Origin: Candidatus Omnitrophota bacterium
GTDB lineage: Bacteria > Omnitrophota > Gorgyraeia > Duberdicusellales > 4484-171
DNA length: 64,000 nt
Direction: 5' to 3'
NCBI GenBank assembly: GCA_024231025.1
Contig: JAAEQW010000256.1
Span: forward strand, 2,954-66,953
A program made the translations under genes and the position numbers. Numbering within the stretch: the stretch's first letter is position 1; the number at the start of each line of letters is the position of its first letter. Below, in pieces: positions 57,601 to 64,000 of the stretch. The notes beneath the pieces are model-generated. The model was not told where the DNA came from, ran no database searches, and saw only the letters and a list, made by a program, of their open reading frames with translations.

Positions 57601-58822
57601 CACCTGCGACTAAAACAACTGCAAGGTTAGTTAAAGGGTTTTTTTTCAATTTCTCTGCAACTTTACCAGATTTTCCAGCTAATGGTTGTCGACCTTTTTT
57701 TACAACATTGCCGGTTTTTTTAGCAAATTTGACACCGCCAGAGTAATAGCGGCGATTGATGTGTTTTTTGGAGGATGGGTCAAAATCTTTTTTGATGTAA
57801 TCGTAGACACCTTTTTTGTATGCTTGAAGGTATTGATCGTAAATTTTATTTTTTAATTCAGGGTCATTATGTTTTATGCTGTCTATCTTTTTCTGATCAG
57901 CGGAAAGTTGAGTTACAATATGTTCTTTTAGCTTTTGCTTAAACCAGGTAGCTAAAAGTAATGAGTGGTAAACTTGGCGGAGATGTGAGAAATTCTTACC
58001 ATAATTTACATCACGTTCGATTTCGGGCAAAACCTCTTCCTTAAGTATTTCTGAGGTTATTTCGTGTATTTTTTCTTTTTGTCCGGCGCTTGCTTTAGGC
58101 GATTGGCGCAGATGACTTTGGTTTTCCATTGCGAGATAATCTTGTTCCGACATTACCTTAAGATAGCTCTCAGTTATAATTGCTTTGTCGTCATCTTCGT
58201 ATATTGTGGCACTTTGGGGAACAATCCAAACTTTATTGAAGGTGTCTATTGGAATTTTAATTGTACCGAAAAGCTCGCTGGCTTTAGCATAAATTTTTTG
58301 CCAGTATTGTTTGCCGATTTTATTTTCAGGATAAGTTAAAGAGGCTGTTAATTGTTTTAGGACATAATCTTCACCAAGCATATCCGCGCCCATATCGGTT
58401 TGGGCGAGTGTTTCAGGAATGACGCGATCTTTTTCGTGAGGAGAAAGATTAACCCAAAGGTCGTCTTCGGGCATAGTTAACGCGGCAAGAAAATAGCGGA
58501 TTAGTGTGTTGCTTTCTTCTTTTAATTTTTCTTTACCGAAATTGCTATTTCCCGCATCAACAATGAATTCAAATTTAAAAGGGTCATCGCCAAATACTTT
58601 AATTCCTCGCAGTATTGGTGCATCAAACGCAACGCTTGCATCAATTAGCTTGGTGGGGGCGGACATGTAGGGCAGGGCAGAGGCGTAGGCTGACGATGTT
58701 TGCAGGGCCGGTGTGCGCATAATCAATGTGCTAATTCCCGCAAGCAGCACCCCTGATGCGATAAAAACTGCTAAAATCTTAAAGGAAATCGACCCTTTTC
58801 TAAGTACTGATAGTTTATGCAT
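54668..58822 (-). CDS. Giant hypothetical protein, paralog 2 (conserved N-terminal domain, two HExxH modules, C-terminal GGVDL)
   Basis: 1384-aa ORF with GGAG RBS; N-domain clearly homologous to 24043-27747; HETAH and HETFH motifs. Confidence 0.88.
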   Translation of the reverse strand: MHKLSVLRKGSISFKILAVFIASGVLLAGISTLIMRTPALQTSSAYASALPYMSAPTKLIDASVAFDAPILRGIKVFGDDPFKFEFIVDAGNSNFGKEKLKEESNTLIRYFLAALTMPEDDLWVNLSPHEKDRVIPETLAQTDMGADMLGEDYVLKQLTASLTYPENKIGKQYWQKIYAKASELFGTIKIPIDTFNKVWIVPQSATIYEDDDKAIITESYLKVMSEQDYLAMENQSHLRQSPKASAGQKEKIHEITSEILKEEVLPEIERDVNYGKNFSHLRQVYHSLLLATWFKQKLKEHIVTQLSADQKKIDSIKHNDPELKNKIYDQYLQAYKKGVYDYIKKDFDPSSKKHINRRYYSGGVKFAKKTGNVVKKGRQPLAGKSGKVAEKLKKNPLTNLAVVLVAGGLEIACASTPKNMAKIEPLPLSEETHIEQEVVYEDNNQRGAVIFTSPIMIIKANLKGTAEELMEDIKKNEALSDKQKEIILENLKKLGKNEVKITWTQGSEGVLDESIAIEEESKPGFFLFHIVLVTINADFRDTAEELMDTVEKNEALSDEQKKRILSQLAWYRGRQVKVTWTQDSEGVSDESISIEPVENDGASGSEGTKAMEKMLNDNLQGLFVPGADGSITIHHNDKTIEEYIQDFQELLEGLGITDVTVTPEMAIRFIDGHETAHLIFELIGFEHNEKLADIFAISWALGRNKIPPQHEERISALEAQINIHLSQNGLSLISDLWEYLQNQNLSDNKDPYELDKIIKQRFGVDIIVKSSTPAEMAETKERLRAAGQQAYTMSMPRRDFLKKLGGGIAGTATLALAGYTIKESLALPSDPKKAIIEIFKGSIGIDNRYIFYDESTEAKLMELINDVPGGLDLLYQIVRGEETDYENYLRHNPVGLAQIIGPGKDVYRRPIYEKDDRKREFAILYISAALAKTQKKSLPNDVGAVVTSTLSHGLGNQSKNFGLNSAQGLKAIGWQPETREEEVRYLLASDDAYSIIRGGSEDIAIALSHLLRGKHGGSDTLDSAKKVLPQAIQYVIDNNNGADKVIEALCALLSAQNIHNLLAQKEVIDGLTAIALASDNYNNSPINAAFEKATDARFKDGATHAHRAQGYRFAYSHEYLESIPQAAGIMKSHPNGNKALAKTILRQMQVIAKPLMLGGKSFGWMVENLATGKQTIYTSDEELEDQIPELAKRLNKDPKEIDLNFAKRFRDGHETFHAFIRHLRQEGHDLSGIDNDEEERLSDLFGESLAQGSAEAPWDLKDELEDLGLISNIALALLIENSSETLEEMLKTLNMADVEVISTTSDALEGIKQEYGQDSNYQGERDTLGGVDLTDRGNITVKGKGLKVFHTYKASEQTIKDFPGFGYKILGSKEITDLFKKLSM

Positions 58823-58965
58823 AATTGCTCCTTTTTTGAAATAATATCCTATTACTCCTAATGTATACCATATTATGCGTGAAAAAACAAAGGCTTAAGG
58901 GGTGTAAAAAGATAACGTTTTCATGTAATTCTTTTGTGTTGCGTATTATTTAAAATTGCCAAAAG

Positions 58966-58996
58966 TAAATAATTCTTGCAAGAAAATAAGGTTTGT
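58966..58996. repeat. 31-bp direct repeat, right copy (contains the apgM -35 box)
   Basis: Identical to 54575-54605; TTGCAA-17-TAAACT promoter. Confidence 0.92.
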
Positions 58997-59013
58997 ATTA
59001 AACTTTCTTAGGT

Positions 59014-60204
59014 ATGAAGTATATAGTTATAGTTTTAGATGGAGCCAGCGATCATCCTTTGGAAGTTTTAGGCGAGAAGACTCCCCTAGAGGTTGCGGAT
59101 ACTCCGCATATGGATAGCTTAGCGCATAAGGGTATTCTTGGGCGCACCAAGAATGTTCCGCGTGGGTTTCCCGCTTCAAGTGATGTGGCGAACCTCTCTT
59201 TGCTTGGTTATGATCCGCAAGAATATTATTGCGGTAGAGGGCCCTTGGAGGCAGCGAATTTGGGAGTCAAACTTGGCAAGGACGACTTAGCCTTTAGATG
59301 CAATTTGATTACCGAGACTGAAAACAGAGTTGTTGATTATAGTGCCGGTCACATTCCCAATAAAGAATCTAAAATATTGATGAAATATGTCAATGAAAAG
59401 CTGGGAAGCAAAGATATCGAATTCTACTCCGGTACCAGCTATAGAAATTTAATGGTTTTTCGCGGAGGGAAAAAATATAATCTCCAGGAAAGTAAATATT
59501 TTGCTCCGCATGATATTATGGGTAAAAAAATAAAACGCCATCTTCCTCGCGGTAAAAATATTAATCTGGTATCTGACCTGATGAATAAATCGCGCGAGGT
59601 TCTAAGTGCTCATGCAATAAATAAGGTACGTATCGATTTAGGGGAAAATCCTGCTAATATGATTTGGCTTTGGGGTGTTGGTGCAAAACCGGCGATGCCT
59701 GCCTTTAAAGAGAAATTCGGCATTAACGGTGCGGTTATCTCAGCGGTGGATCTTATAAAGGGTATCGGTAGAATTGTTGAAATGGATGTTATCGAAGTGG
59801 AAGGCGCAACCGGTTATTATGATACAAATTATCGTGGCAAAGCCGCCGCGGCCCTTAAAGCTTTAGAGAGCGTTGACTTTGTTTTTATTCATATTGAAGC
59901 ACCCGATGAAGCGGGGCACAACGGTGATTTAAGAATGAAGATTTCATGCATCGAGCGAATTGATAAGTTTATAGTTGGTACAGTTCTAGAAGGCATGCGT
60001 GGCAAGGATTTCAGAATTTTAGTTACTCCTGATCATCCTACGCCGGTTGAAAAAAGAACGCACACCGATGAGCCAGTTCCGTTTGTGCTTTACGGTCGCG
60101 AAATAGAACCAGGTGGATTTTCTTCTTATTCAGAGCTAGAGGCACAAAATTCAAGCCTTTATTTCGATAACGGCGCCGCTCTTATAAGGCACTTAATAGG
60201 ATAG
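59014..60204 (+). CDS. apgM: Cofactor-independent phosphoglycerate mutase, archaeal type (ApgM family)
   Basis: DGASD, TPLEVA, SDVANLS, GRGPLEA, APDEAGH and DHPTP motifs. Confidence 0.88.
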   Translation: MKYIVIVLDGASDHPLEVLGEKTPLEVADTPHMDSLAHKGILGRTKNVPRGFPASSDVANLSLLGYDPQEYYCGRGPLEAANLGVKLGKDDLAFRCNLITETENRVVDYSAGHIPNKESKILMKYVNEKLGSKDIEFYSGTSYRNLMVFRGGKKYNLQESKYFAPHDIMGKKIKRHLPRGKNINLVSDLMNKSREVLSAHAINKVRIDLGENPANMIWLWGVGAKPAMPAFKEKFGINGAVISAVDLIKGIGRIVEMDVIEVEGATGYYDTNYRGKAAAALKALESVDFVFIHIEAPDEAGHNGDLRMKISCIERIDKFIVGTVLEGMRGKDFRILVTPDHPTPVEKRTHTDEPVPFVLYGREIEPGGFSSYSELEAQNSSLYFDNGAALIRHLIG

Positions 60205-60272
60205 TGAGTATTAAAATTGCACAAAACGAAGCAGGAAACATTTTGCATTGACATTTTAATTTAGGAGCAAAG

Positions 60273-61502
60273 ATGAGTGGTAAATTAATCGTTAAAAAAT
60301 TTGGTGGTAGTTCGGTTGCAAATGTTGAGCGCCTCAGGCGAGTTGCTTTAAGAATAGTTGAAACTGCCAAAGGAGGAAATCACGTTGTTGTTGTGGTTTC
60401 AGCCATGGGGGATACAACCGATGAGTTAATTGAACTTTCCAAGAAAATTACCAAGAATCCTCCTGAACGTGAAATGGACATGTTAATGTCTACCGGTGAG
60501 CAGATTTCGTCTTCTTTGCTTTCAATGACAATTAATGAAATGGGCACCCGTGCCATTTCTTTTACCGGTTCTCAGGTTGGCATTATGACTGACGGTTTTC
60601 ATACTAGGGCGAAGGTTTTAAAGATAGAAACAAAAAGAATCAAAAAAGAAATAGCCGGTGGAAAAATAGTAATTATCGCTGGTTTCCAAGGTATGAATAA
60701 AGCCCGAGAGATTACAACTCTTGGTCGAGGCGGCTCAGATTTAAGCGCGGTGGCTTTAGCAGTTGCCTTAGGCGCTGATGTTTGTGAAATATATACCGAC
60801 GTTGAAGGGATTTATACCGCTGATCCCAGAGTAGTTAATAATGCGAAAAAGCTTAAATACATTACTTTTGATGAAATGCTTGAGCTAGCCGCCAGAGGTG
60901 CTCAAGTTATGCAGACAAGAGCGGTCGAGGTAGCAAAAAAGTTTAATTTGCCGTTGCACGTAAGAAGCAGTTTTTCCAAAAAGGAGGGAACAATAATTAT
61001 GAAAAAAACACCATACATAGAGGAACCAGTTGTAAGAGGAGTAACATTAACTGAGAGCGAGGCCAAAGTTACTATTGGGTCAGTTCCTGATAAGCCGGGC
61101 ATCGCGGCAAAGATTTTTACCGAGCTTGCCAAGAAAAATATAAATGTAGATATGATTGTTCAAAACGTCAGCCACAAAAAAACAACCGACATATCTTTCA
61201 CTACATTAAAAAGCACGCTTCCTAAGGCAATTAAAACAGCCAAAGAGATTGCTAAAAAAATAAAGGCCGGAATAATTAGCTTTGACAATGATATTGCGAA
61301 AGTGTCAGTTGTTGGTGTCGGGATGAAATCGCATTCCGGTGTTGCGGCAAAATGTTTTTCAATTCTAGCTAAAGGAAAAATTAATATTGATATGATTTCA
61401 ACGTCGGAGATCAGCATTTCCTGCACTGTTAAGAAAGAGGCGGGTAAAAAGGCGTTAAAGATTTTGCATAAGGAACTTAAGTTAAATAAGGTTAAGTCAT
61501 AA
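60273..61502 (+). CDS. lysC: Aspartate kinase
   Basis: KFGGSSV, SAMGDTTD, TTLGRGGSD, two ACT domains. Confidence 0.96.
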   Translation: MSGKLIVKKFGGSSVANVERLRRVALRIVETAKGGNHVVVVVSAMGDTTDELIELSKKITKNPPEREMDMLMSTGEQISSSLLSMTINEMGTRAISFTGSQVGIMTDGFHTRAKVLKIETKRIKKEIAGGKIVIIAGFQGMNKAREITTLGRGGSDLSAVALAVALGADVCEIYTDVEGIYTADPRVVNNAKKLKYITFDEMLELAARGAQVMQTRAVEVAKKFNLPLHVRSSFSKKEGTIIMKKTPYIEEPVVRGVTLTESEAKVTIGSVPDKPGIAAKIFTELAKKNINVDMIVQNVSHKKTTDISFTTLKSTLPKAIKTAKEIAKKIKAGIISFDNDIAKVSVVGVGMKSHSGVAAKCFSILAKGKINIDMISTSEISISCTVKKEAGKKALKILHKELKLNKVKS

Positions 61503-61504
61503 AT

Positions 61505-61820
61505 AAAACGAAAAACTTAGAACGAAAAACTAAAAATCATAGCGTAAAATTTAAAACCATATAAGAATTAAGATGTAAAAAATGATTGCATGAATAACCA
61601 AGATACAAGATGCAATGACCCCGCCTGCCGGCGGGCAGGCAAACAATAACCAATAATCAATTTTTAATAACCAAACGGTTTGATAATTGAGTATTGAAAT
61701 TTGTTTGTAGCTTGTAACTTGCCTGCCCGCCGTATTGGCAGGCGGGTATCTTGTTTCTTGTATTGAAAATAACCAACTTACGACTAAATATGGCTTTACG
61801 TTTTTAATTGTGTAAGTTTA
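61505..61820. repeat. Nested intergenic repeat: heptamer hairpin carrying two GC-rich palindromic inserts
   Basis: caagata-type units and inverted tatcttg units; ccgcctgccggcgggcaggc (61621) and inverted gcctgcccgccgtattggcaggcgg (61721). Confidence 0.8.
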
Positions 61821-61832
61821 CCAGGAGCAATT

Positions 61833-63404
61833 ATGAAAATGGTATCCATTTACGATACAACTTTAAGGGATGGTTCACAAACCGAGGGGATATCTTACTC
61901 TTTGCAGGATAAGATTAACATAGTAAAGCGTTTAGATAGCATCGGCATTGATTTTATCGAAGGGGGTTGGCCATTTTCAAATCCTAAAGATACCCAGCTT
62001 TTTGCGCATTTTAAAAAAAAGAAACTCAAAAAATCAAAGCTGGTTCCTTTTGGTTCTACCGCGCGTTGGGGCAAAGCGGCGTCGATGGACAAAAACTTAT
62101 TGGCCCTAATTAAAACCGGAACCGAATATGTAACTATTTTTGGCAAGAGCTGGGACCTGCACGTTAAAACTGTTTTAAAGATAAGTTTAGATGATAACGT
62201 AAAATTAATTTCTGATAGCGTAAAATTTTTAAAGAAAAAAGGGAAAAAAGTGTTTTACGATGCCGAGCACTTTTTTGACGGATATAAGGCAAACCCCAAA
62301 TACGCCTTAAAGACTGTTCTTGCTGCCCAAGAGGCGGGCGCAGAATTAATTGTTTTTTGTGACACCAATGGTGGAATACTTTCCTGGGAGATTGAGCAAA
62401 TAATAAAGGAAGCCCAAGCCGCCGGCGTGAAGGGTTTTGGCATTCATTGTCATAACGATCTTGGCTTTGCTTTGGCTAATTCATTGGTTGCAGTTAATTT
62501 AGGAGCTTCGCAAGTGCAAGGAACCATAAACGGCTATGGCGAACGCTGCGGCAATGCCGATCTTATTGCGGCAATGGGAATACTAAAATTTAAGATGAAT
62601 CGAGGCCTAGCGGCAAGTAAAAAAATATCAGATTTAACTGAACTTTCACATTTTGTAAGTGAAGTTAGCAATATGGCTCACCGGGATAGTTATCCACTGG
62701 TAGGCAGAAGTGCTTTTGCGCATAAGGGAGGAGTGCATATTGATGCAATGATTAAGAATCCTCTTGCTTATGAGCACATGAACCCATCTTTGGTGGGTAA
62801 TCACCGAAGATTTCTAGTTTCAGAATTAGCAGGAAAAGCCTCGTTAGTTGCTAAAGCAAAAGAGCTCGAATATGATTTAGATAAGAAATCACCAAAAGCA
62901 AAAAGACTGCACAAACGCATTCAGGAATTAGAAAAACAAGGTTATCACTTTGAAGCAGCCGAAGGATCTTTTAAGTTACTACTTAAAAAAGAGTTTAAGG
63001 AATACCGAAAGTTTTTTGATCTTTTGGGATTTAAGGTTTCTGTAGAGAAGCGTGAAGATAACAGTCTTATTTCTGAAGCCGCAATCAAACTAAAAGTAAA
63101 AGGAAAGCTTCAGCATACCGCTGCCGAAGGTGATGGTCCGGTTAATGCGCTTGATAATGCTCTTCGTAAAGCTTTGCTTGGAGTGTACCCGTCACTTTCT
63201 AAAATGCATTTAGCCGATTTTAAAGTTCGGGTGCTCGACGATAAAACCGGTACTGCGGCCAAAGTGCGTGTTTTAATCGAATCACAAGACACAAAAGAAA
63301 GCTGGGCAACAGTTGGTGTTTCAGAAAATATCATTGAAGCGTCTTGGCAGGCTTTAGTTGATTCGGTAGAATACAAGCTTCTAAAAGACTCCAAAAATAA
63401 TTAA
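61833..63404 (+). CDS. cimA: Citramalate synthase (LeuA/CimA family)
   Basis: DTTLRDG, IEGGWP, GKSWDLHV, YDAEHFFDG, GERCGNA and AHKGGVH motifs. Confidence 0.92.
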   Translation: MKMVSIYDTTLRDGSQTEGISYSLQDKINIVKRLDSIGIDFIEGGWPFSNPKDTQLFAHFKKKKLKKSKLVPFGSTARWGKAASMDKNLLALIKTGTEYVTIFGKSWDLHVKTVLKISLDDNVKLISDSVKFLKKKGKKVFYDAEHFFDGYKANPKYALKTVLAAQEAGAELIVFCDTNGGILSWEIEQIIKEAQAAGVKGFGIHCHNDLGFALANSLVAVNLGASQVQGTINGYGERCGNADLIAAMGILKFKMNRGLAASKKISDLTELSHFVSEVSNMAHRDSYPLVGRSAFAHKGGVHIDAMIKNPLAYEHMNPSLVGNHRRFLVSELAGKASLVAKAKELEYDLDKKSPKAKRLHKRIQELEKQGYHFEAAEGSFKLLLKKEFKEYRKFFDLLGFKVSVEKREDNSLISEAAIKLKVKGKLQHTAAEGDGPVNALDNALRKALLGVYPSLSKMHLADFKVRVLDDKTGTAAKVRVLIESQDTKESWATVGVSENIIEASWQALVDSVEYKLLKDSKNN

Positions 63405-64000
63405 TGGCTAAACACAAAACCTATTTCAAGGTTTACAATAATCTTCTTTTCTATTCTCCAGATCCTGGTTTTGCTCACAAAACAAAAGTTTCGGGTGTTT
63501 GGTCTTTAGACAAAAAACACAATTTAATTTTTATTGTCGATGAATCACAAAATAGTGTTTTTGGTAAAACGATATCTTTTTCTACTCGAATTGAAAAGGC
63601 TTCTAAAGGAAAAATAGAATTCTCTATTTTGCATCGCTTAACCCCAACTTTAAAAAATGTTAAACGCATAAGTTTTAAGGGTAATTGGAAAACCACACCA
63701 AAAAATAAGCTAGCTTTTTCCGTTAGAGGCAATCGCGCCAAGGGGGAGTTTTTATTTAGCAACAATTATAAATTTAACAAGAACAACCAAATTACCTACA
63801 GCTATCGGCGAACACTAAGTAGAAAAAGTACAATAGATTCATTTATTCTAAGGGGCAAATGCAAGTTTTTGGGAAATGTTTTTAAATACAAATTAGAAAA
63901 TTCCACTAAACCATTGTTTAGCCGGTATCTGTCAATCGAGCGCAAAGTAATTAACCCCAAAGGAGGCAAGATTGATTTTACTCTTGGTCTTAGCGCAAAG
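63404..64000 (+). CDS. Hypothetical basic beta-repeat protein (3' end outside window)
   Basis: ATG overlaps the cimA stop; frame open to the window end; recurring G.W....N.L.F units. Confidence 0.75.
   Translation, partial: MAKHKTYFKVYNNLLFYSPDPGFAHKTKVSGVWSLDKKHNLIFIVDESQNSVFGKTISFSTRIEKASKGKIEFSILHRLTPTLKNVKRISFKGNWKTTPKNKLAFSVRGNRAKGEFLFSNNYKFNKNNQITYSYRRTLSRKSTIDSFILRGKCKFLGNVFKYKLENSTKPLFSRYLSIERKVINPKGGKIDFTLGLSAK

Overview
Chromosomal window from a low-GC diderm bacterium. The gene set and a characteristic giant-protein family suggest Candidatus Omnitrophota (inference). Most of it is housekeeping: leuS-comEA-comEC-bamD-lptE-holA, rpsT, murJ, a pilT-like gene, prfB-secA-lnt, nrdJ, etfBA, smc, queA, an EF-G paralog, purH, lpxA, trmI, apgM-lysC-cimA. 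I saw no rRNA, tRNA, CRISPR array, transposase or integrase. Main unusual signals: (1) a GH57 alpha-glucan/glycogen cluster with histone-H1-like proteins lies next to an operon encoding a ParA ATPase fused to a CBM48 glycogen-binding domain plus a membrane partner, a candidate glycogen-granule positioning system. (2) Two paralogous giant proteins share a ~330-aa N-terminal domain and a C-terminal GG[IV]DL motif around unrelated cargo regions; one looks like a polyprotein and is flanked by 31-bp direct repeats. (3) Four GTAG-type REP palindromes sit in-frame in comEC. (4) The SMC lacks the canonical hinge and is preceded by tandem NrdR-like boxes. (5) There are nested heptamer/palindrome repeat elements and several apparently leaderless transcripts. 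All family assignments come from motif recognition; no database searches were run.
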